Positions 9,471 to 18,122 of a stretch of 55,713 bases of DNA are shown piece after piece. The position numbers were made by a program, and so were the translations under genes. Position 1 is the first letter of the stretch. Each line of letters opens with the position of its first letter. A model generated the notes under the pieces. That model did no database searches. It worked only from the letters and a program-made list of their open reading frames with translations, and was not told the DNA's origin. This stretch comes from Candidatus Methanomethylophilaceae archaeon (GTDB taxonomy: Archaea > Thermoplasmatota > Thermoplasmata > Methanomassiliicoccales > Methanomethylophilaceae), in contig JBMNQN010000006.1 of assembly GCA_050944155.1 (NCBI GenBank), positions 1 through 55,713 on the forward strand. The letters are read 5' to 3'.

Positions 9471-10393
9471 TGTTCGAAATACTGTTTCTGGGAACCGGAG
9501 CGAGCGCACCGTCGAGAGACCGCGGTCTCCCCTCGGCAGCGGTCCGCAAAGGCCGTGACATCGTGCTTCTCGACTGCGGGGAGGGTACCCAGAGGCAGAT
9601 TATGATCTCTCCCTTTTCTTTCATGAAAGTAAAGGCCATTCTGATTACCCATCTTCACGGAGACCACGTACTGGGTCTTCCGGGGCTGATTCTCACGATG
9701 GGTCTTTCCGGAAGGAAAGAAAAGCTTCTGGTCGTAGGCCCCGAAGGCACTGCTTCCCTGTTGGAAAACATTCTTTCCGTATGCGGGGACGAGCTGACTT
9801 TCGAACTTCTGATTTTGGAGGCCAAAGGGGGAGAAAAATACGATTTGGGCGATATGTACGCGGAAGCGTTTCCCACCGAACACGGAGTCCCTTCGATCGG
9901 ATTCGCAGTCTCCGAAAAAGACACTCCCAAAGTGGATGCTTCCAAGGCGGAGGCCGCAGGTCTTTCTCACGAAGAGATAGGACATGTGCTTTCGGGAAAG
10001 ACCGTGCGCGGGATAACCGCGGACGAAATCTGCGCCGGGTATTCCGAAGGCCTCAGAATTGTGTATTCCGGAGATACTTCGCCATGCGAATCTCTGAAAA
10101 AAGCGGCAAAGAATGCCGATGTTTTGATACACGAAGCAACTTTCGCGTCGGATCAGGAAAAAGCCGCCCCACTCCACAACCACACCACGGCTTCCCAGGC
10201 GGCTTCGGTCGCGAAAGAATGCGGAGTCGGAGCGCTGATTCTGACCCATATAAGCAACAGGTACAAAGACCGTACTCCAGTTCTCGAAGAGGCCGCTGCG
10301 GTGTTTCCGAAAACTTACGTTGCCGCCGATTTTTCTTGTTTCAGGGTGACCAAATCGGATTTCAGATTAATTTCAGAAGATCGGCCCGAGTAA
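9470..10393 (+). CDS. rnz: Ribonuclease Z
   Basis: FLGTGASAP, DCGEGTQRQ, THLHGDH, YSGDT, HEATF and LTHISNRY motifs. Confidence 0.93.
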   Translation: MFEILFLGTGASAPSRDRGLPSAAVRKGRDIVLLDCGEGTQRQIMISPFSFMKVKAILITHLHGDHVLGLPGLILTMGLSGRKEKLLVVGPEGTASLLENILSVCGDELTFELLILEAKGGEKYDLGDMYAEAFPTEHGVPSIGFAVSEKDTPKVDASKAEAAGLSHEEIGHVLSGKTVRGITADEICAGYSEGLRIVYSGDTSPCESLKKAAKNADVLIHEATFASDQEKAAPLHNHTTASQAASVAKECGVGALILTHISNRYKDRTPVLEEAAAVFPKTYVAADFSCFRVTKSDFRLISEDRPE

Positions 10394-10925
10394 TCATTCC
10401 CACGACTTCGCCCTGTCTGGAAACCAGGACCGCACTGCTGTCCGTCATGAGTTGGGAAACGGAAGACAGAGGGGTGTTTTCGGAAACAACGGGAAAGGAT
10501 TCGGCCATGATCCTGTATATCGGAGTGCCGCGCAGTTCGTTGATACTTATTCCGCTTTCCATAAGTTCCAGTATCCTTCTTTCGGATATGCTCCCCACCG
10601 GAGTTCCGCCTCTGAGAACGGGAAGCTGCGAGAATCCGGTTTTCCTCATAAGGTCGGATGCCGCCCCCACGTCGCTTTCCGCGTCCACGGATACGGGGGA
10701 AGGGGATGAGACTTCGGCCGCGGTTCTGTCCGATCCGTTCGTTTTACTGAATTTTTCCAAAGCTTCGAAAAGACTCACGATGGTACGGTAACCCGCGGAT
10801 ATTTTGCCGTTTTCTATTTTCGCGATGGTACTCTGACTCACTCCCGATGCCGCGGACAGTTCCGCCTGGGATATGTCCAGGGCACGTCTAATCTTCTTTA
10901 TGTCCGACTCGGGAGGGAATTTCAC
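10362..10925 (-). CDS. XRE-type HTH plus CBS-pair transcriptional regulator
   Basis: SQAELSAASGVSQSTIAKIENG helix-turn-helix followed by two CBS motifs (FSQLPV, GMITRADLL). Confidence 0.9.
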   Translation of the reverse strand: MKFPPESDIKKIRRALDISQAELSAASGVSQSTIAKIENGKISAGYRTIVSLFEALEKFSKTNGSDRTAAEVSSPSPVSVDAESDVGAASDLMRKTGFSQLPVLRGGTPVGSISERRILELMESGISINELRGTPIYRIMAESFPVVSENTPLSSVSQLMTDSSAVLVSRQGEVVGMITRADLLKLI

Positions 10926-10938
10926 GGATATACCAATA

Positions 10939-10960
10939 AAATATTCATATAAGAATATTT
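10939..10960. promoter_or_regulatory. Perfect inverted repeat AAATATTC-N6-GAATATTT enclosing the probable TATA box of the HTH-CBS gene (candidate operator)
   Basis: 8-bp arms read directly; the spacer reads TTATAT on the minus strand, 22-27 nt upstream of the GTG start. Confidence 0.5.
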
Positions 10961-11020
10961 CTAACAGTTTAATTTATAAACAATGAATTAATACAAATTT
11001 TAAATCAACAGGTGAAAGAA

Positions 11021-12238
11021 ATGGCCAAGCACATTTACGTAGAAGGGATAAACGAACTTCCCGTACCCGACAGGAAATCGGAAATCGTCGAAAGAAAAGG
11101 AATCGGACACCCGGACAGCGTTGCCGACGGAATCGCAGAATCCGTCAGCAGAGCTCTCTGTAAAATGTATATCAAAGAATTCGGACACGTTCTTCACCAC
11201 AACACCGACGAGACCCAGATAGCCGCCGGAAGAGCCAGCCCGAAATTCGGAGGCGGACACATCGTCGATCCGGCCTACATACTTCTGGTCGGACGCGCCA
11301 CTACCGAAATAAAAGAAGGAAAACAGCTGAGATACCTTCCGTGCAAACCCGTCGCTCTCAAAGCCGCCAGGGAATACCTGGAAAAAACGTTCCCCAATCT
11401 CGACATGGAATCCGAAGCGATTCTCGATGCCAGACTGGGACTCGGTTCCGACGACCTCACCGGAGTCTACAAAGCGTCCGGATACAAAGCGAACGACACC
11501 TCCTTCGGAGTGGGCTACGCTCCTTTCTCCGTAACGGACAGGCTTGCGCTGGAAACCGAAGAATTCGTCAACGGAAAGCTCAAAGACAAACTTCCCGAAA
11601 CCGGTCAGGACGTCAAAGTCATGGCTTCCAGAGTCGGAAAGAACGTTACGCTCACCGTTGCATGTGCCATGGTCGACCGTTACATCGACGACGTAGATCA
11701 CTACAAATCCGCAATCGAACAGCTTCACGGCGCCGTTACCGACAGCGCTCTGAAGATTATCGGCTCCGACGACATCAATCTCAAAGTCTGTGTCAACACC
11801 GGAGACGACTACAGAAGGGGAGTGTACTATCTCACGGTAACCGGAATGTCCCAGGAGATGGGAGACGACGGTTCGGTGGGCAGAGGAAACAGATGCAACG
11901 GACTCATAACTCCGTACAGGCCCATGTCCATGGAAGCCACTTCCGGAAAGAACCCGATTACCCACATCGGAAAGATTTACAACATAATGTCAAAACTTAT
12001 CGCGGAAGACATCTCCAAAGAGATCGGTCCCGAAGCCGAAGTCCGCATAAGGCTGCTCTCTCAGATCGGACACAAAATCTCCGAACCTCTCAATGCGTCG
12101 GTTCAGATTCTCTGCCCCGGAGCGGACAGGAATATTTCGGAATGGAAATCCACAGCCGAGGCCATTACCGAACAGTGGCTTGACAACATTGATAAGGTAA
12201 CAGAACTAATCATTGACGGCAAAGTCAGAACTTTCTGA
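11021..12238 (+). CDS. mat: Archaeal S-adenosylmethionine synthetase
   Basis: [61 protein letters not shown]; GGTGA RBS before ATG 11021. Confidence 0.95.
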   Translation: MAKHIYVEGINELPVPDRKSEIVERKGIGHPDSVADGIAESVSRALCKMYIKEFGHVLHHNTDETQIAAGRASPKFGGGHIVDPAYILLVGRATTEIKEGKQLRYLPCKPVALKAAREYLEKTFPNLDMESEAILDARLGLGSDDLTGVYKASGYKANDTSFGVGYAPFSVTDRLALETEEFVNGKLKDKLPETGQDVKVMASRVGKNVTLTVACAMVDRYIDDVDHYKSAIEQLHGAVTDSALKIIGSDDINLKVCVNTGDDYRRGVYYLTVTGMSQEMGDDGSVGRGNRCNGLITPYRPMSMEATSGKNPITHIGKIYNIMSKLIAEDISKEIGPEAEVRIRLLSQIGHKISEPLNASVQILCPGADRNISEWKSTAEAITEQWLDNIDKVTELIIDGKVRTF

Positions 12239-12259
12239 GTACCGCCGGTGAGAAAAAGA

Positions 12260-12844
12260 ATGAAAATAATCGACAAGCCCCGGTTCGGGCCGATGTTCAG
12301 GTTCAACGATGCCAATGTGTATTGGACTCTTCATCTTCTTTCCGACGGAAAGAGGATGGGGCGGAAGAAAATGGCCGACACAGTCGGAATCGGCGAAGGC
12401 AGTATGCGTCGCATCATCGAAACCCTGAGAGAATGGGGGCTCATTTCGATAAAACAGACCGGCATTTCGATTACCAAGGCGGGGATGAGTTTTCTCGAAC
12501 AGATTCCCATCAGGGCCATCGATATACAGCTGGGAGATTCCGCCGTGGGAGAATATACCCAGGGAGTTCTCGTGAGCGGGGTCGCCGATAAAATCCACAA
12601 CGGAATGCAGCAGAGGGACGCAGGTATCAAAACCGGCGCCCTCAGCTGCACCACCATCGTATACCGCGACGGAAAGCTCATGATTCCCCCGGACTGGAAC
12701 ATCGATTCCGAAAATCCTGCTCTGGCACGCTATATAAGAGACGAAATCGAGATGGGTCCCGACGACATAATAATCGTCGGCGGTGCCGACACCGAACCTC
12801 TGGCAGTGGAAGCCGCGGTTTCGGCCGCTCTGGAATTGCTCTAA
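12260..12844 (+). CDS. Winged-HTH protein with DUF4443-like C-terminal domain
   Basis: MGRKKMADTVGIGEGSMRRII HTH; GMQQRDAGIKTGA motif; GGTGA RBS. Confidence 0.75.
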   Translation: MKIIDKPRFGPMFRFNDANVYWTLHLLSDGKRMGRKKMADTVGIGEGSMRRIIETLREWGLISIKQTGISITKAGMSFLEQIPIRAIDIQLGDSAVGEYTQGVLVSGVADKIHNGMQQRDAGIKTGALSCTTIVYRDGKLMIPPDWNIDSENPALARYIRDEIEMGPDDIIIVGGADTEPLAVEAAVSAALELL

Positions 12845-12873
12845 GTTATTAATCCGCAGCGTTATTACGGAAC

Positions 12874-13827
12874 ATGGAGCATTTTCTGTGCCATTCCGTT
12901 TATCAGGAGACGGACGGAGTCTTCGGTCCCGATCCTCTGAAAACCATGAGGGAGATAGGATGCGACGGCATAGAACTCCTCACTGGTTATTTTCCGGTTC
13001 CCGAGGAATACCGTCCTTTTGCGAAGTCCGTACACCTTCCGTATGCCGCCGACTGGCGCAGGGCATGGACCGGAAAAGAGCTTCCGGATACCGACGGAGA
13101 AACCGCGAGATATCTGATGTACGGGAAAAATCCGGACGAAATAACGGATAATCTGGCACTTGCTATTTCAGTGGCTTCCGGACTCCGTCCTCCTTACGGC
13201 GTGCTTCACGCCGGAAACGTGAGTCTCAAAGAAATAACGCTGCGCAGACACGGGGAGGGGGACAGAGAAGTTCTTACGGATTTCTGCGAAATGGTCAATT
13301 CCGCGGTAAGCCGTTTTCCCGGAGGCAGACCTCCGTTTACCCTGGCGATGGAGAATCTTTGGTGGCCCGGACTGAGGATGATCGGAAACGGGGGAGCGGA
13401 GTTTCTGGAGAAGCATCTGGAATTCGAAAACTGGGCAATATGTCTCGATACGGGGCATCTGCTGAACTGTCTGCCGGACATCCGCACCGAGGAAGGCGCG
13501 GTGGAATCTCTGCTGAAAGTGTTCGACGGCTACGGCAGCGGGACAAAAGACCGTATAAAGGTCATGCATCTGCACGTGAGTCTCTCTTCGGATTACAGGG
13601 AGACCTTCGAAGAGAAAGAATGGGATTCTTCCGCGTCGCTGCCGGAAAACATGGAGAGAGCGGGAAAACACATATCGAACGTGGACAGGCATCAGCCGTT
13701 TTCCGTATCTTCGTGCGTTAAACTGACGGATGCTCTTTATCCCGATTACGTGACCCACGAAATGATAGGTTCCGATCCCGGCACCGTTCTGGGCAGGTTC
13801 AGAAAACAGCGTTCGCATTTTCCCTGA
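12874..13827 (+). CDS. TIM-barrel metalloprotein, AP endonuclease 2/xylose isomerase-like superfamily
   Basis: Metal-ligand pattern VHLP, LHAG, MENLWWPG, CLDTGH, MHLH, DRHQP, THE. Confidence 0.75.
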   Translation: MEHFLCHSVYQETDGVFGPDPLKTMREIGCDGIELLTGYFPVPEEYRPFAKSVHLPYAADWRRAWTGKELPDTDGETARYLMYGKNPDEITDNLALAISVASGLRPPYGVLHAGNVSLKEITLRRHGEGDREVLTDFCEMVNSAVSRFPGGRPPFTLAMENLWWPGLRMIGNGGAEFLEKHLEFENWAICLDTGHLLNCLPDIRTEEGAVESLLKVFDGYGSGTKDRIKVMHLHVSLSSDYRETFEEKEWDSSASLPENMERAGKHISNVDRHQPFSVSSCVKLTDALYPDYVTHEMIGSDPGTVLGRFRKQRSHFP

Positions 13828-14046
13828 AATTTTGTTTGTATTTTACGGAAAAAAGAATTTTCCGGACGGAACCTCGGACGGGTCCGTTCCGGAAGACCCG
13901 GCACGTCTTTTTAAGACGCATATCCGTTATTTTCGGAAGAAAAATCCAATCATCCTTATAAAGTAATCAGAGTATATACGCGCCGAAGAGTGAGCGTTGT
14001 CTGCGTTCTAGTCGCAGGCTGTTTGACTTCAGATCGCGTGATATTA

Positions 14047-15456
14047 ATGATCTCAAAGTTTACAGAATTAGGAATTTCGGAAGATGTAGCGAGAGCGATG
14101 GACGACATGGGATGGGAAGAACCCACCCCCATCCAGAAAACCGCCGTTCCCTACGGTATCAAAGGAAGAGACATGTTTGCCCAGGCGCAGACCGGGACCG
14201 GAAAAACCGGATGCTACGGGTCTATAATACTGAGCAATTTCGAATCGGGAAAGAAAACTCCCCAGGCGATTATTCTCGCACCCACCAGAGAACTGGCGGT
14301 TCAGGTCTCCGAGGAGATTACCAAGCTGTCGAAGTACACCGGACACGTGTGCATCCCCATATACGGGGGAGCGAGCATAGAGGTCCAGATAAAGAAACTC
14401 CGCAAAGGAGCCGACATAATCGCGGGAACTCCCGGCAGGGTGAGAGATATGATGGATCGCCGCGAACTGAATCTCGGCGACATCAAAGCGGTGGTTCTGG
14501 ACGAAGCCGACCGCATGCTCGACATGGGTTTCATAGAAGACATCGAGTACATTCTCAAGGCGATGCCCTCGGACAGACAGACTCTGCTCATGTCCGCAAC
14601 AATGCCCGAAGACGTGAAACGTCTCGCGTTCGATTACATGAAATCTCCCAAGGAGATCAGCGTATCGAAAGACGAGGTCGTTCTGGATCTTACGAAACAG
14701 TATTACATCTCGGTGGGAAGGCGGAACAAATCCTGGGCGCTCAGCAGAATTCTCGATGCGGATAAACCGAAAGCGATTATTTTCTGTCAGACCAAGAGGA
14801 TGGTGGACATGCTTATCGAACGTCTCGAGCGCTACAATTACAGCGTGGCTGCCCTTCACGGAGACATGCCCCAGTCCAAGAGGGAAAAGGTTCTCAAAGA
14901 CTACAAGGACGACAAGGTGCAGATTCTCATAGCCACAGACGTTGCGGCCAGAGGTTTGGATGTGGACGATATCTCGTACGTCATAAACTACGATATTCCC
15001 GAAGACGTCGAAACGTACATACACAGAATCGGAAGGACGGGAAGGGCCGGAAAAGAAGGTATTGCAGTTTCTTTCGTGACGGCCAACGAAGAACATCTGA
15101 TCGGTGAGTTCGAACTCCGCACGGGAATGAAGATAGAGAAAAGAGACGTTCCCGACGGCGAAGAGGGAACGAAAGACACGATACGCAGAGTCGTGGATTT
15201 CGAACAGGCCGCGGACGTTTTCGGAATGGTCAAATTCAAAATCAATCTGGGAAAGAATCAGGGTTTCAGCAAAGTTGGCATTTCCGATTTCATTGCCAGA
15301 AACGCAAAAATCAGGGATTTCGCCATAGGAAATATCGACATTGGACCGGATTATTCCATTGTCGAAGTGCACAAGGACTTCGGCAGAAGGATAACCATGG
15401 ATCTGACCAAGGCGTCCTTCGACGGAAAGAGAGTGACCGCCGAAGTGGTCGTCTGA
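14047..15456 (+). CDS. DEAD-box RNA helicase (DeaD/CsdA-like, C-terminal DbpA-type RNA-binding domain)
   Basis: PTPIQ, AQTGTGKT, PTRELA, DEAD, SAT and HRIGRTGRAG motifs. Confidence 0.93.
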   Translation: MISKFTELGISEDVARAMDDMGWEEPTPIQKTAVPYGIKGRDMFAQAQTGTGKTGCYGSIILSNFESGKKTPQAIILAPTRELAVQVSEEITKLSKYTGHVCIPIYGGASIEVQIKKLRKGADIIAGTPGRVRDMMDRRELNLGDIKAVVLDEADRMLDMGFIEDIEYILKAMPSDRQTLLMSATMPEDVKRLAFDYMKSPKEISVSKDEVVLDLTKQYYISVGRRNKSWALSRILDADKPKAIIFCQTKRMVDMLIERLERYNYSVAALHGDMPQSKREKVLKDYKDDKVQILIATDVAARGLDVDDISYVINYDIPEDVETYIHRIGRTGRAGKEGIAVSFVTANEEHLIGEFELRTGMKIEKRDVPDGEEGTKDTIRRVVDFEQAADVFGMVKFKINLGKNQGFSKVGISDFIARNAKIRDFAIGNIDIGPDYSIVEVHKDFGRRITMDLTKASFDGKRVTAEVVV

Positions 15457-18066
15457 TCAGATTTCCAGTACTACGAGGATATCCCCCACCTGTACGGTTT
15501 CCACGGCTTTGCCGTCCAGAGTAAGTTCCGTTTCCACCTCGAAGTATTCGGGACCGAGTTCGTAAACCGTACCGTCCGCCTCCAGAGAGGCCTTTCCGGA
15601 CGAGAGCTGTTTCGCTATTTCCGCCGGGTCCGCCGACGCTATGGCGGCCGCTATGACTTTCGCGGAAGCTTTGAAAGCGGGTCCGAGCTTCGAATGAACG
15701 GGTTTGACGCCCTTTGCCGCTTCCTTTATGTTGGCGGATTCGGCGATGATGATTTTCGACGCTTTGACGGTTTCCGAAATATCGTCTCTGGCACATTCCA
15801 GAACAGACGCTCCGGGACCCACGAGTTCCACGCACGCGACGGGTGCGTTGAGAGGCATCTTTCTGTCGGATTTCCAGCTGCGGACCGAAGCCACAATGTC
15901 TTTCAGTATTTCGCCGGTTTTTTCCGCTTCTTTATCGGTCATAACCGGTTCGGGCCAGGAAGTCAGATGTATGCTCCTGCATTCTTCGAACTGTCTGAAC
16001 ACGGACTGGTACAGATCTTCGGTGACGTGAGGCATGAAGGGTGCCAGCATTTTAACGGAGCCCAGGAAAACCGTGTACAGGGTGTATTTGACGGCGTCGT
16101 CGCTGCGGCCTTTGACCATTTCCACGTAGTGGTCCGCGAACTCGTGCCAGACGAAACTTTCTATGATTTTCAGGGCTTTGTCGAACTGATACGTTTCGAA
16201 GAATTCCGTGGACTCTTTCACGGTTTCCGAATATCTGCTCAGAATCCATCTGTCGGAGACTCTCAGGGAATCGGGTTTTTCCGTTTTTCTGTCCAGGAAA
16301 CGTTTTACGAACTGACCCAGATTGAATATTTTGTTGCAGAATTTTCTTCCGCGCACTACGTCCGGTTCCCTGAACGCATGGTCTATTCCCAACGAACACG
16401 TTGCGGCGTAGTATCTGAGGGCGTCCGCTCCGTATTTCTCCAGAATGGGTTTCGGGTCGATGACGTTTCCCGCGGACGAGTGCATCGGGGTGCCGTCGGG
16501 AGACATGATGAAACCGTTGATCACAACTTCGTCCCAGGGACGTTTCTCCGCAATCTGTTCGGAACGGAGAATCGAGTAAAACGCCCAGGTTCTTATGATG
16601 TCGTGGGACTGGGGTCTTATGGACATGGGGAACAGTTTTTCGAAGAGAGCCTCGTCTCTCTTCCAGTAAGTGTTATAGAGGGCGGAACCCGAAGAATCCA
16701 TCCAGGTGTCGAAAACATCCATACACCCGATCAGTTTTCCTCCGCATTCCGGACATTCGGGAACGGGAGGTTCGTCTTCCGTGGGATCGCAATAGCACAT
16801 TTCCTCCGTGGCGCATACGGCTTTGCCGCACTTTTCGCATTCCCACACGGGAATGGGCGTGGCGAATATGCGCTGTCTGCTAAGAACCCAGTCCCATTCG
16901 AGGGACTCGACCCAGTCCCGGAGTCTCACTTTCATGAACTCGGGGTGCCACTTTATTTCTTCGGCTCTCTGGAGAACCTGCTTTTTGAAATCGAGAGTTT
17001 TGAGAAACCACTGGGGAACCTGAAGATATTCCACGGGAGTTTTGCATCTCCAGCATATGGACACCTGCTGGGGGTTGTCTTTCTGTTCTATCAGCGTGCC
17101 GTCTTTTTTCAGATCTTCGATGACGGCGGCTCTCGCGTCGGCGACCTTCATTCCCGCGTATTTTCCGGCAAGTTCGGTCATGTGTCCCGTTTCGTTTATG
17201 CCCTTTTCCATGGGGAGGTGGTATTTCATGACCCACTCCAGGTCGTCCTTGTCGCCTATGGTGCATATCATCACGTATCCGGTTCCGTATTCCGGATCGA
17301 CTTTTTCGTCGGAGATGACTTTCACTTTTTTGCCGTAAATCGGAGTAACGAGTTCTTTGCCGATCAGGTGCTGTTTTTCCTTGTCGTCGGGATGTACCGC
17401 AACCACCTGGCACGTGCACAGAAGTTCCGGACGGGTGGTTGCAATGACAGCATAATCGTCAGTTCCGGCGATTCCGAATCTGATGAAGTTGAGTTTGTTT
17501 ACGTTGTCTTTGTATTCCACTTCGGCGTCTGCCAGTGCGGTCATGCATCTGGGACACCAGTTGACCGGGAAGTTTCCTTTGTAAACAAGTCCGCGGTTGA
17601 ACAGCTCGACGAAGGAAATCTGGGTTATTCTCCTGTAGTACGGAGCGTCCGTCTGATAGTATATGCTGGGGTCCATGGATTCGCCCAGCATTTCGAAGTC
17701 GCGGGTCATCTCCGCTATGAATCCGTTGGCGTAATCGCTGCAGAGTTTTCTGTACTCTTTGCGGGGGAGATCCAGTTTGGTGATGCCGTGTTTCTTTTCG
17801 ACTTTAACTTCGATCGGAGTACCGTTGACGTCGAAGCACAAAGGGAAGAATACGTTGTATCCCCGCATCCTCTTGAAGCGTGCGGCAAAGTCGGATATGG
17901 AGTACCCCGTCGCATGTCCCAGATGCAGAGATCCGGATGTGTATCTCGGGGGGTTGTCTATGCTGAACACGGGTCTGTCTGATTCTGGGTCGAAACGATA
18001 TATTTCCTCGTCCTTCCACATCTTCTGCCAGCGTCCCTCAATGGATGCGGAATCGTACTGTGACAT
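15457..18066 (-). CDS. valS: Valine--tRNA ligase (archaeal type, atypical KMSKS)
   Basis: SIDNPPRYTSGSLHLGH, ATTRPELL, WDWVLSRQR, DVFDTWMDSS, RPQSHDIIRTWAFY. Confidence 0.92.
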   Translation of the reverse strand: MSQYDSASIEGRWQKMWKDEEIYRFDPESDRPVFSIDNPPRYTSGSLHLGHATGYSISDFAARFKRMRGYNVFFPLCFDVNGTPIEVKVEKKHGITKLDLPRKEYRKLCSDYANGFIAEMTRDFEMLGESMDPSIYYQTDAPYYRRITQISFVELFNRGLVYKGNFPVNWCPRCMTALADAEVEYKDNVNKLNFIRFGIAGTDDYAVIATTRPELLCTCQVVAVHPDDKEKQHLIGKELVTPIYGKKVKVISDEKVDPEYGTGYVMICTIGDKDDLEWVMKYHLPMEKGINETGHMTELAGKYAGMKVADARAAVIEDLKKDGTLIEQKDNPQQVSICWRCKTPVEYLQVPQWFLKTLDFKKQVLQRAEEIKWHPEFMKVRLRDWVESLEWDWVLSRQRIFATPIPVWECEKCGKAVCATEEMCYCDPTEDEPPVPECPECGGKLIGCMDVFDTWMDSSGSALYNTYWKRDEALFEKLFPMSIRPQSHDIIRTWAFYSILRSEQIAEKRPWDEVVINGFIMSPDGTPMHSSAGNVIDPKPILEKYGADALRYYAATCSLGIDHAFREPDVVRGRKFCNKIFNLGQFVKRFLDRKTEKPDSLRVSDRWILSRYSETVKESTEFFETYQFDKALKIIESFVWHEFADHYVEMVKGRSDDAVKYTLYTVFLGSVKMLAPFMPHVTEDLYQSVFRQFEECRSIHLTSWPEPVMTDKEAEKTGEILKDIVASVRSWKSDRKMPLNAPVACVELVGPGASVLECARDDISETVKASKIIIAESANIKEAAKGVKPVHSKLGPAFKASAKVIAAAIASADPAEIAKQLSSGKASLEADGTVYELGPEYFEVETELTLDGKAVETVQVGDILVVLEI

Positions 18067-18122
18067 GTCGAACGGGTGACCCTATAAAACAGGGTGTTAA
18101 AAAAGGTTGTGAGGTAAAGGGT

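Noticed and set aside
12874-13827. Calling the TIM barrel the cobamide-remodelling enzyme CbiR or endonuclease IV
   Set aside because: Only superfamily-level motifs are shared, and there are no cobamide genes nearby.
13860-13894. Imperfect intergenic hairpin as a MITE/REP element
   Set aside because: Single copy, built from the abundant TTCCGGA word, with no target-site duplication.
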